Shown in pieces: positions 46,362-55,183 of a stretch of 64,000 nt of DNA. The stretch comes from Polyangia bacterium (GTDB lineage: Bacteria > Myxococcota_A > Polyangia > Palsa-1104 > JAEUJZ01). The stretch covers positions 1,432,022-1,496,021 of the forward strand of contig JAXLYE010000002.1 in the NCBI GenBank assembly GCA_046351595.1. Reading direction: 5' to 3'. The number at the start of each line of letters is the position of its first letter. Position 1 is the stretch's first letter. The notes under the pieces are model-generated. The model worked only from the letters and a program-made list of their open reading frames with translations. It had not been told where the DNA came from and did not search any database. The translations under genes were made by a program, and so were the position numbers.

Positions 46362-47369
46362 ATGCACAGCCAGAAGGGTCGCAGCCGTGAAGATCGTCGC
46401 TTCTCGAACCCGAACAGCCGCTCGGACTACGGCTCCGGCCGCGACTCCTTCCGCGGCTCCGACCGCGACCGCAGCAACGACCGCTACAGCCAGAGCGGCT
46501 CCGGCAACAGCGACTTCGGCCCCGGCGTCAGCGACCGCTGGATCCAGGACCGCGGCCGCGGCTACGGCAACGAGGAGCGCTACGGCCAGAGCTACGGCCA
46601 GAACCGCGGCATCGACGACCGCACCCGGAACCCCTGGGGCCGCGGCGAAGACCGGAGCCCCGGCTATGGCGGCCCCGGCTACGGCAGCCCCGGCTACGGC
46701 CCTGAAGATCGCCACGGCCAGAGCTACGGCCCGGCGAGCCGCGGCGGCTACGGCCGCGACGAAGGCAGCGAGCGCGGCGTCGCCCGCGCCGACCTGAACG
46801 ACGTGTCGCAGAGCTCGGGGGGCGCGGGCAGCCGCGGCGTGTGGCAAAAGGAGCACGAGGGCGCGTTCGCCTCGGTGTCGCGCGGCGGCTTCCTGCTGGA
46901 TCAGCGCGGCTATGGCCCGGACGAGTACGACCGCAACAACTACGGCGGCGCCTACACCGGCGGCTTCAGCCCGGCCGAGCGCGAGTTCTCCGGCAAGGGC
47001 CCCAAGGGCTACGTCCGCTCCGACGAGCGCATCCGCGAGGACGTGTGCGAGCGCCTGTCCGAGGGGCACCTCGACGCCAGCGACATCGACGTGCAGGTCA
47101 AGGACGGCGAGGTCACCCTGGTCGGCCAGGTTTCCGACCGCCGCACCAAGCGCCTCGTCGAGGAGCTGCTCGACCCCATCAAGGGCATCAAGGACGTCGA
47201 GAACAAGCTGAAGGTCCGCATGGCCACCGGCCGCAGCGACGCCGACAAGCTCGGGGGCCAGAAGCCCGAGGGCCAGAAGCCCGAGGGCCAGAAGCCCGCC
47301 GAGCCGCAGCGCACGAGCGACAACGGCAAGAGCGACCTCCCGAAGCTGAGCGGCGGCGCCCGGGCCTGA
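46362..47369 (+). CDS. BON-domain protein with a long intrinsically disordered R/G/Y/D-rich N-terminal region
   Basis: GGAGGA RBS 6 nt before the ATG. The first ~250 aa are low-complexity (GYG, RGG, DR repeats). The C-terminus DIDVQVKDGEVTLVGQVSDRRTKRLVEELLDPIKGIKDVENKLKV is a BON domain. A QKPEG x3 repeat lies at the extreme C-terminus. Confidence 0.7.
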   Translation: MHSQKGRSREDRRFSNPNSRSDYGSGRDSFRGSDRDRSNDRYSQSGSGNSDFGPGVSDRWIQDRGRGYGNEERYGQSYGQNRGIDDRTRNPWGRGEDRSPGYGGPGYGSPGYGPEDRHGQSYGPASRGGYGRDEGSERGVARADLNDVSQSSGGAGSRGVWQKEHEGAFASVSRGGFLLDQRGYGPDEYDRNNYGGAYTGGFSPAEREFSGKGPKGYVRSDERIREDVCERLSEGHLDASDIDVQVKDGEVTLVGQVSDRRTKRLVEELLDPIKGIKDVENKLKVRMATGRSDADKLGGQKPEGQKPEGQKPAEPQRTSDNGKSDLPKLSGGARA

Positions 47370-47379
47370 GCGGCAGCCC

Positions 47380-48162
47380 CTACGGGCTCGGCGGCGTCGG
47401 CGGCGTCGGCGGCTCGTCCGGCTTGTCGCCGCCCGCGCTCGAGCTGTACAGGGCGCTGAGCTCGAAGGCGCGGGCGAGGTCCGGCTGCCCGAGCGCCTGC
47501 GCCGCGGCCCGCGCCGCCCGCCGCGCCCGCCGCACCAGCTCGACGATGTAGCCGTCGAGCAGGTCCATCTGCTCGGTGACGTCGGTGGTGTCGCTGCTCG
47601 CCGGCAGCGAGGTCACGACCGAGGCAATCCCGGCCTGCGCGGCCTTGAGCGCGGCCACCGCGGCCGGGCCGCCGCGCGTCTTGGCCAGCGCCGCCACGTC
47701 CTTGCCGCCGAGCGCCCGCTCGAGCTGGCCGAGCTGCTCGGACAGGCTCTGGCTGTCGCTGCCGGCCGAGCGGGTGTGCACGAGCACGCTGCCCAGGGCC
47801 GGGGCCGCGGCGTCCCCGCTGTCGAGCAGCTCGCTCTCGACGGCCTGCAGCACGGCGCGGGCCTGCTGGCGGGCGCGCTTGCCGGCGCGGATCGCCGCCT
47901 CAAAGGCCGCCGCGGTCTGCCGGCGGCCGGCGCGGCGATCCTCTCGCCCGCTGCTCTTCTTCACGAGCTCGTCCTGCGCCGCCGCGAGCGCGTCCGCATC
48001 CTTCTGGACAAAGCCAAAGTCCCCGACCTGCTTGCCGTAGCGCGCAAAGCCCTGCAGCGTCAGCGCGGCCTGGCGCAGCGTGTCCGTGGAGCTGTACTGC
48101 TTGCCCACCCGGATGAAAGCGAGCCGCCGCTCGGCGGTGAGCTTGGACAGATCGAGGGCCAT
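47380..48162 (-). CDS. Hypothetical alpha-helical protein (260 aa)
   Basis: GGAGGA RBS, ATG at 48162 and high GC3. The longer ORF reaching 48234 has a low-GC3 N-terminal extension and is rejected. It ends 10 bp from the convergent BON gene. Confidence 0.5.
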   Translation of the reverse strand: MALDLSKLTAERRLAFIRVGKQYSSTDTLRQAALTLQGFARYGKQVGDFGFVQKDADALAAAQDELVKKSSGREDRRAGRRQTAAAFEAAIRAGKRARQQARAVLQAVESELLDSGDAAAPALGSVLVHTRSAGSDSQSLSEQLGQLERALGGKDVAALAKTRGGPAAVAALKAAQAGIASVVTSLPASSDTTDVTEQMDLLDGYIVELVRRARRAARAAAQALGQPDLARAFELSALYSSSAGGDKPDEPPTPPTPPSP

Positions 48163-48304
48163 CGGTTCCTCCTTGGGATGTGTAGGGGAGGGCCATACTT
48201 TACACGAGGCCCGGACGGCATCCATCGGGTTCAAGGAGAGGATCTTGCCTGGTGCGAAATCTCATGGGATGGCAATTGGAGCGACGGTGTGATAGCGATT
48301 CGCA

Positions 48305-51300
48305 GTGCCTGGAATCTCGCTATCAGGCGATGGCAAGCCGTCGCTAACGCCAACCTGGGCGCAGGCGCTTCCCCAGGCACCATTACGGGCAATGCTCCTC
48401 GCTGGCGCCTGGAGCCCTGCGGTGCCAGCGGATGGCACGCTATTAGCGGAGCTGGGCAGCAACGCGGAAGCTGTCAGGACGTTGTGCGAGACGCTTGATG
48501 AGCAGCCAGAGGCCCGCGTACTTCACCGCCGTCTCCGCTGGACGCCCGTTGGGGAGCCGGGAGAGCGTTTTGTCTGGGAACAGCCCCGCAAGGCTTGGGG
48601 CTTGCTGGCACCGCTGCTGGATTCTGCGGACCTTGACCGATTTGCGCAGGTAGTCGAAAAGACCCTGCCGTCCGCTTTGGCGGATCAAGAAAGCCAGATA
48701 GCGAGGGGGCCTTCCAAGCTGATTCGTAGGGGGCTGACGTATAGCCTGGCACTCCTCGGCAACAGTGACGGGTTGATCCGCGTCACGCCGCCCCCGAGCG
48801 CACGGGCGACCCGAGTCGTGAGCAGGCTGCTCAAGCCCCAAGCCGAGCGCTGGCTTGCTCTGGCCGAGCATCTGGCCCTCCTGGCCGAAGCCGCCCCCGA
48901 CGCCTTTCTGACAGGGCTCTCCGAGAGTCTGGCGCTGGGCCGTGATGGGATCTCTTCTCTATGGGATGAGCACCCCGAGATCATCAAGCAGGTGGCGCAC
49001 GCTCTGGCCATACTGGCGTTGGATGTCGATCTGCTTGAGCGTGCAGCGCTAGGGCTTGCTGGTCTGGCAGCCGATGGCGGCCAGCCGCGACCCAACGTGC
49101 GCGACTCCCACCCGCTGCAGTGCTTAGAAGATATTTTTGATTATTACTATCCAAAAACAAACGCTTCCATCGAGGAGCGGCTGGACGTACTCCGCAAGAT
49201 CTGTGAACAGTTTGAACCAGTAGCTTGGCCTCTGCTGATGGAGCTTCTACCAGAGCCGCGGATGTTCAGCGTCAGTCTACCGCTACCTCAGGTCTTGCGC
49301 ATCTCTGTACCTCCCCGCGTACGTCAAGCATACCCCGGTGAGGCGTATGGGCAGATCCATGCCTTTTTGATGTTGGCGCTGAGGTTGGTCGGAACGGAGC
49401 CACAGCGGTGGGCCGATCTCCTTCGTCACCTGCATAGGCTACCGCCTGAGCTAGCGATCGAGGCATTGGAGCGCCTGCAAGCGAGCGCTGATGAGATTCA
49501 TGATGAGGAGGGCTTGGTCTGGGCCGCGCTGCGCACGCGCCTGCATGTGCTTTATGATGCGTCAGATGAGTCCAGTAACCAAGAAGAGGCGGCAGCCAAA
49601 CAGCGGATCCAGGACAAGATTTATAAGCTAGATGAGCTTCTTTATGAAAAGCTGACGCCTGCCCGCTTGGCCATCCGGTCTGCTTGGGCCTTTTCAACTG
49701 GAGCGCAGCCGCCGGGCCGATTTCGGAATCTAGAGGAGGAGCGGCAGGCTCTTGGCGAGCATCAGCAAGCCTACATCCGCATGTTGGGCCAGCGCTCGGA
49801 CCGGTGGGATGTATTGACCGAGCTGGCCGAGCGGATCGAGCAACCGTTCTGGTTGGCTCAGGCGCTTGCGATGAGCAGCTGGGCGGGTGAGTTCGAAACC
49901 AGGCTGCTGGCACAGAATTCATTCCATCCCTATGAAAAGATTGCATTTCACTTTCTCGCCTGGCGGCTGGTGAATCGGAATTTTTCTGATACCAGCCATC
50001 TGATGCGACGCCTGATGGCAGAGCATCGGTATGAAGACGTATGGCAGCTGGCTATAGCACTATCGGGTACCGCGGATGAGCGCGAGAGCTGTCTGTGGGA
50101 TCTGCTCGATGAATTAGGTGCGCCTGTCCGCGACGCTTACTGGCGTGAGATCGCGGTCGAGAAGCTGTATGGGAGGGCCCAGCGCCCCCAGCAGGCAAAC
50201 GAGCGGGCCATCTGCCGGCTGAAGGAGCTAGGGCGCTATGACGCGGCCATGCGTGCAGCCCTCGTGCTCAAGCCGCGTGCATCCAATTTGATTCTGCTGG
50301 ATGTGCTCGCCGCGGTTGCCGAAAAGCTCGAGGCGAGCGAGCGGGCCTGGCAGATTGAGAGGGAGCGATTACAGGCGCAGGGTGACCTGCAAGCACAAAT
50401 CAGCCATAGCTTGAGTCGAGGACCCCAGGAAGACAGATATCTTGTTGCGGAGCTGCTTGAGCAAGTCCACCCAAAAGACCCGATGGAAATGGAGAGGGCA
50501 AGGCAGCTGGAGGCGGCACTCCTCAGCCTGTTGGGAGAGACTCATTACAGACCGCGATGGTTGCCAAAGTACATCAGCGAGCATCCCGAAGGCTTTGTCA
50601 GGTTATGCCGGTCCGGTGCGGCCGAAGATCTCCTGGCCCTGTGGGATGGATTTCCTGGTGATGAGTTACCGACGCGCCAGGCGCTAGAACACCTCCATCA
50701 GTGGGCGGAGACGGTACTGACCCTGCTGCCCGCTGGTGACGGGCGCGCCGATGGACATCTTGCCCTGGCAGCGCTCCTGATTCGGCCCAGCGGTACCGAT
50801 GGAATCTGGCCGAGCGAGGCGGTCAGGAGGCTGCTTGATGAGCATCCAGAACTCTACAAGCCACTGCTGGACGCCAAGGGCCACCCCCGAGGCATCAGGA
50901 TGCGGCGGGTCGATACCCTGGTGCAAGAGGCTCGCGAACTGGCAGTCCGCTGCCGAGAAGGGAGTGCGAAGCTGCAGAGCAGCTGGCCGACCACCGCACG
51001 GCTCCTGAGTGAGCTGGCAGAAACGTACGAAGAGAAGGTCGAACTCCAGAGCAGTCTGGATGATTATGACCACCCAGGAATCCCGATGAGTTCCCCCAAA
51101 GCTGCGGCTCAGCCTCTTTTCCCTCTGCTGAAAGTTCAAATCGAGAATTTCCGTGCGGCTGAGCAGCTGAACTTGCCGCTGCACCCGCGGCTGACGGTTC
51201 TATATGGCCGAAATGCCAGCGGGAAGACGACTGTTCTGGACGCGGTAGCGATTGGGCTGAGCGCCATCGCGCGAAGGCTCCCGATGTCCAGCGAGGATGT

Positions 51301-52507
51301 GGAGCAGCGGCTGCCACAATTTCGTGATGCCGATCGTCACACCAGGTGGCGCCAGGGCAAAAGAGAAGAGAAGGCGAAGAGGATCAGCGTGTCGCTCTGG
51401 GGCCAGCCGCAGGAGCGGGGGAGCGACCCGCTCCACTGGCTCGTCGGGAGGCCATGGGCCAGTCGTGGTCCTGAGGTGGCTGATCGTGAGGATCCACAGC
51501 TACAGCCGTACTTGGATGCCGTTAATGAGGCGCTACGCACCGGCGATACGACCATCGCAATGCCGGTATTTGCCTACTATGGAGTTGAGCGCGCAGTCAG
51601 CGAACGAGCCAAAGAGGACGCGAGGCCTCCCAAAGAGAGCCCCAGCCGGCCGGCTGGTCTGGAGGGGGCGTTGCATGCTGCCGCACAGTTTGAAAAAGCG
51701 GCTCAATGGTTCCGAGGGATGGAGGACATTGAAGTCCGCCGCCAGCGTGAGAAGCGCGATTATGAACATCCGGCGCTTGCTGCCGTCCGCGCGGCCATTG
51801 CCGCTGCCGTAAAGACACCGGATGGATCATATGTCCGAAACCTGCGGGTCGATGCGGACACCAGCAAGCTGCGAATAGACTTCGTCCGCTCCAACGGAGC
51901 CGTTGAGAACCTGGAGATTGGACAGCTCTCGGACGGTTTCCGCACCCACCTTGCCCTCGTGTTGGATCTGGCGAGGCGTATGGCCCAGTGCAATCCATCT
52001 CCGGATGAACAGATGGAACGCGATGGCTTCGGTCTCCGATCCAATGCAGTCGTGCTGATCGACGAAGTGGATCTGCATCTCCACCCGGCCTGGCAGCAGA
52101 CGGTCCTTCCGGGTCTGCTCGAAGCTTTTCCCAGGGCTCAGTTCATCGTAACAACCCATAGTGTCCTTACGCTGGGCAGCATCCAGGATGCTCAGCTTTT
52201 CTTCATGGATGGCAGCCATGCAGAGAGTGTCGCTGCTCCGTTCGGAAAGGACGCCAGCCTGATCCTGCGTGAGTACCAGGGGACGGTTCCACGCGCAGCC
52301 GCCGTCGAGGATCGGATAAATGACATCAAGTCGCTGCTGGATCGCCGAGCGTTTGATGCAGCCCGGCGCGAAGTCGATCAGCTGGAGACTCAGCTTGGTG
52401 TAGAGGACCCGGATGTTCAGACGTTGCGCTCCCTTCTTTTTTTCATGGGCCCCGACAGACCATCCCCACAGCCCAGCAGCCAGGAGAGAGAAGAGGGGAG
52501 GAAATAG
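48305..52507 (+). CDS. Giant fusion protein: ~930-aa uncharacterised helical N-terminal region plus a C-terminal OLD/AAA_21-type (PtuA-like) ATPase
   Basis: Continuous 1400-aa ORF with GC3 clearly lower than its neighbours. Walker A LTVLYGRNASGKTTVLDA; Walker B plus LHP motif VVLIDEVDLHLHPAWQ; FIVTTHS motif. Start codon uncertain (GTG 48305). Confidence 0.75.
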   Translation: MPGISLSGDGKPSLTPTWAQALPQAPLRAMLLAGAWSPAVPADGTLLAELGSNAEAVRTLCETLDEQPEARVLHRRLRWTPVGEPGERFVWEQPRKAWGLLAPLLDSADLDRFAQVVEKTLPSALADQESQIARGPSKLIRRGLTYSLALLGNSDGLIRVTPPPSARATRVVSRLLKPQAERWLALAEHLALLAEAAPDAFLTGLSESLALGRDGISSLWDEHPEIIKQVAHALAILALDVDLLERAALGLAGLAADGGQPRPNVRDSHPLQCLEDIFDYYYPKTNASIEERLDVLRKICEQFEPVAWPLLMELLPEPRMFSVSLPLPQVLRISVPPRVRQAYPGEAYGQIHAFLMLALRLVGTEPQRWADLLRHLHRLPPELAIEALERLQASADEIHDEEGLVWAALRTRLHVLYDASDESSNQEEAAAKQRIQDKIYKLDELLYEKLTPARLAIRSAWAFSTGAQPPGRFRNLEEERQALGEHQQAYIRMLGQRSDRWDVLTELAERIEQPFWLAQALAMSSWAGEFETRLLAQNSFHPYEKIAFHFLAWRLVNRNFSDTSHLMRRLMAEHRYEDVWQLAIALSGTADERESCLWDLLDELGAPVRDAYWREIAVEKLYGRAQRPQQANERAICRLKELGRYDAAMRAALVLKPRASNLILLDVLAAVAEKLEASERAWQIERERLQAQGDLQAQISHSLSRGPQEDRYLVAELLEQVHPKDPMEMERARQLEAALLSLLGETHYRPRWLPKYISEHPEGFVRLCRSGAAEDLLALWDGFPGDELPTRQALEHLHQWAETVLTLLPAGDGRADGHLALAALLIRPSGTDGIWPSEAVRRLLDEHPELYKPLLDAKGHPRGIRMRRVDTLVQEARELAVRCREGSAKLQSSWPTTARLLSELAETYEEKVELQSSLDDYDHPGIPMSSPKAAAQPLFPLLKVQIENFRAAEQLNLPLHPRLTVLYGRNASGKTTVLDAVAIGLSAIARRLPMSSEDVEQRLPQFRDADRHTRWRQGKREEKAKRISVSLWGQPQERGSDPLHWLVGRPWASRGPEVADREDPQLQPYLDAVNEALRTGDTTIAMPVFAYYGVERAVSERAKEDARPPKESPSRPAGLEGALHAAAQFEKAAQWFRGMEDIEVRRQREKRDYEHPALAAVRAAIAAAVKTPDGSYVRNLRVDADTSKLRIDFVRSNGAVENLEIGQLSDGFRTHLALVLDLARRMAQCNPSPDEQMERDGFGLRSNAVVLIDEVDLHLHPAWQQTVLPGLLEAFPRAQFIVTTHSVLTLGSIQDAQLFFMDGSHAESVAAPFGKDASLILREYQGTVPRAAAVEDRINDIKSLLDRRAFDAARREVDQLETQLGVEDPDVQTLRSLLFFMGPDRPSPQPSSQEREEGRK

Positions 52508-52509
52508 GG

Positions 52510-53163
52510 TTGAGGCGTATCAACAAAGGTCCCGAGCCCCCTGCCCTCACTGCGTATAAACGCCGTGGGCGACAGCGCCTGGACAGTGACGCACCTCGTC
52601 AGGAACTGCGGGAAGCCTTGTGCCAAGAGCAGCGCTTTCTCTGCGCCTTTTGTCAATCGCACATCACGCCCGATGCGCAAAAGATGCGAATCGCGCATGT
52701 GATCCCCCAGGCCACCAGAGAGGGCGCCAACCTGGGCGTGGAATGGAACAATCTCGTTGGCTCCTGCACGGGTGGTGAGGGGAAACCTGCCAAAGAACAA
52801 CATTGCGATAAGAAACAAGAAGCCCAGCGGATCCCGGAGCGGCTGGACCCCGTGCGCCTACAAGAGGGGACCGTGCGTTTCGACGCTCAGGCTCGCATCC
52901 TCGGCTGCGATCCAGCTGTACAGCATGCGATCGATGATGTGCTCGGTCTGAATATATGGAGTTTGCGAAATTTAAGAGATAGTTGTCTGAAGAAATTAAT
53001 GTATCTTCTAGTTAACGATTGCTCAGAAAAGAAAATAAGAGAAGAGATCAGTAGGCTTGATGATCCATCGGCTCGCGAGTTGCCAGTCTGTGTGGACTAC
53101 CTTCTGTGGCGCCTGCACGAGAAACTTAACACCCTGAATAAGATGGACGCAGGGGCTGATTGA
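52510..53163 (+). CDS. HNH-family endonuclease, TIGR02646/PtuB-like, translationally coupled to the upstream ATPase
   Basis: TTG start 2 nt after the ATPase stop, with GGAGG 8 nt upstream. The N-terminus RRINKGPEPPALT is recalled as characteristic of the 'retron/Septu-associated HNH' family. Cys/His cluster CAFCQSH...H..P.....N....SC...HCD. The 3' third of the gene is about 35% GC. Confidence 0.65.
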   Translation: MRRINKGPEPPALTAYKRRGRQRLDSDAPRQELREALCQEQRFLCAFCQSHITPDAQKMRIAHVIPQATREGANLGVEWNNLVGSCTGGEGKPAKEQHCDKKQEAQRIPERLDPVRLQEGTVRFDAQARILGCDPAVQHAIDDVLGLNIWSLRNLRDSCLKKLMYLLVNDCSEKKIREEISRLDDPSARELPVCVDYLLWRLHEKLNTLNKMDAGAD

Positions 53164-53212
53164 GAGAAGGGGGTGGCTCGGGGCCTTAGCTGAGTGTCCA
53201 TGGACCGCTCGC

Positions 53213-53700
53213 GTGTGCTTGAGCGGTGAGATGAACGGACTGAGAGCCGGGACGAAATGCCTGAGCGCCAGCTCAAAGTGCCTGAGAGCCGGGAGCGAGT
53301 GCCTGAGCGCCAGCCAGAAGTGCCTGCGCGCTGGCTCAAAGTGCCTGAGAGCCCGGAACAAGTGCCTGAGAGCCAGCTCCAAGTGCCTGAGAGCCCGGAA
53401 CAAGTGCCTGAGAGCCGGGAGCGAGTGCCTGAGAGCCCGGAACAAGTGCCTGAGCGCCGGGATCAAGTGCCTGAGAGCCCGGACGAAGTGCCTGAGAGCC
53501 CGGAACAAGTGCCTGAGAGCCGGGATCAAGTGCCTGAGAGCCGGCTCAAAGTGCCTGAGAGCCGGGACGAAGTGCCTAAGAGCCGGCTCGAAGGGCCTGA
53601 GCGCCGGGCCAAAGTGCCTGAGAGCCGGCTCGAAGGGCCTGAGCGGCTGGAGCGAGTGTCTGAGCGGCTGGAGCGAGTGCCTGAGCGCCGGGGCCTAGGG
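53213..53700. repeat. Array of about 23 tandem 21-bp repeats (consensus gtgcctgagagccSggaMcaa) at the island boundary; open in several frames as heptad repeats
   Basis: Seen directly. There are no unique spacers, so it is not CRISPR. Frame +1 (53213..53698) gives KCLRAGS heptads and ends exactly at the patatin gene stop. Frame +2 gives VPESPEQ. The minus frame gives LRHLFRA. Confidence 0.85.
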
Positions 53701-54969
53701 CCAGATCTGCCTGAGGCGGTCGACGCTGCCTTGCAGGCCGAAGCGGGCGCAGACCTCGTCGAAGTGGTTGCGGCGGGCGCGCAGCTGGGCGGCGGCCGAC
53801 TGGTAGCCGTAGCGCAGGATCTGGGCGCGGACCTCGAAGTTCATGGGGTTTGCCAGGAACATGTCGGCCTCGCGCTCGTCGGGCTCAAGGACCAGGATGG
53901 TCGCGTCCTTGTACTCGGCGGCGCAGCGGCGCAGGCCCTGGTGCAGGCGGGCCTTGATCGACAGCCGCATCGCCTGGTCCGAGACCGTCAGGAGGCCGAG
54001 CTCCGCGAGGTGGCCGGGGCGGCCGGGCAGGTAGCCGCCGTGCGGCTCGGGCGCGCTCGGGTCGTGGCGGAAGGGCACCATGGGGTTGATGCACAGGACC
54101 AGCTTGGCGCCGCGCCGCAGCGCCACGTCGACGTGCTCGGCGCGGCCGGTGCCGCCGTCGACATAGTCGCGGCCGCGGATGCGCACCGGCTCGAACCAGA
54201 CCGGGATGGCGGAGCTGGCGCAGATGGCCTCGGCGATGCCGACGTCGGCGAGCGAGCCGCCCAGACCCCCGGGCGGTCCGCTGCCGAAGGCGCCCACCGG
54301 CCCACCCCCGGCCGCGGCAAGCGGCCCACCCCCGGCCGCGGCAAGCGGCCCACCAAGGATCGCGCGGTGCCCGGTGTCCAGGTCGTTGACCGGGATGTAC
54401 AGCTCGTGCGGCATGTCACACAGGCGCTCGGGGATGCCGTGCCGGCGTAAGAAGCGCTCGAGGTAGCGGTGGTAGGGCCGCAGCGAGAACAGCCCCGAGG
54501 GCAGCGCCCGCACGAGCTCGACGGGCAGCTCGGCCAGGCTGCGGCGGCCGCGGGCCACGCTCCACAGCACCCGCGCCGCCGCGACCGAGAGGCGCAGGCC
54601 CTGGGCCGCGGCGCGCAGCGGCTCGACCCGGAACATGTCCGTGCGGTGGTGCGGGATGAGGTGCTGCTCGAGCGGGTCGCCCAGGACCGCGTGCGCCAGC
54701 CGCCGCGGCGAGATGCCCGCGCACAGCGCCGTCGCCAGGTACGAGCCGGCCGAGATGCCGATGTAGATGTCGAAGCGCGTGGTGTCGAAGGGGCGGGGCG
54801 AGCGCTCGCCGTAGGCCGGGCGGAAGTAGTCGTCGATCGCGGCGAGCGCGCCGAGCTCGTACATGGCCCCGGTGATGCCGCCGCCGCACAGGCACAGCGC
54901 CAGCTTGTCCCGACCCGGGCCTGCCGCCTGTCCCGGGGGTGCTGCCGCGGCGCTTCCGACACTCGTCAT
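53695..54969 (-). CDS. Patatin-like phospholipase
   Basis: Oxyanion hole GGGITGAMYELG, nucleophile elbow GISAGS, and a catalytic Asp in DGG (YVDGGTG). A 24-bp duplication encodes GGGPLAAA twice. Confidence 0.8.
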   Translation of the reverse strand: MTSVGSAAAAPPGQAAGPGRDKLALCLCGGGITGAMYELGALAAIDDYFRPAYGERSPRPFDTTRFDIYIGISAGSYLATALCAGISPRRLAHAVLGDPLEQHLIPHHRTDMFRVEPLRAAAQGLRLSVAAARVLWSVARGRRSLAELPVELVRALPSGLFSLRPYHRYLERFLRRHGIPERLCDMPHELYIPVNDLDTGHRAILGGPLAAAGGGPLAAAGGGPVGAFGSGPPGGLGGSLADVGIAEAICASSAIPVWFEPVRIRGRDYVDGGTGRAEHVDVALRRGAKLVLCINPMVPFRHDPSAPEPHGGYLPGRPGHLAELGLLTVSDQAMRLSIKARLHQGLRRCAAEYKDATILVLEPDEREADMFLANPMNFEVRAQILRYGYQSAAAQLRARRNHFDEVCARFGLQGSVDRLRQIWP

Positions 54970-55183
54970 CGCAGGCAGCGTACCACGCCGCGGAAAAGGT
55001 TGGGCGGCTCGCTGCCGGACGTGCCCGGGGCCGGGGCCGGGGCCGGGCGCCTTGAGACCTGCTGGGGGACTGGTGGGGTCTTATGAGGCCGGGGGGCGCC
55101 GTAAAGTCGGGCAGGGACATTGACAACCGCCGTCGGAAAGGCCGAAATGTTGCGGCATGCATCCGCTCGCGTCGTCTATCGCT

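Noticed and set aside
48165-53200. Integrase, transposase or att repeats flanking the low-GC island
   Set aside because: No such ORF was found and no obvious direct repeats at the boundaries. The nearest tRNA (Gly, 40230) is 8 kb away with core genes including dnaB in between.
53213-53700. Possible CRISPR array
   Set aside because: The 21-bp units are directly tandem with no unique spacers, and no cas genes are nearby.
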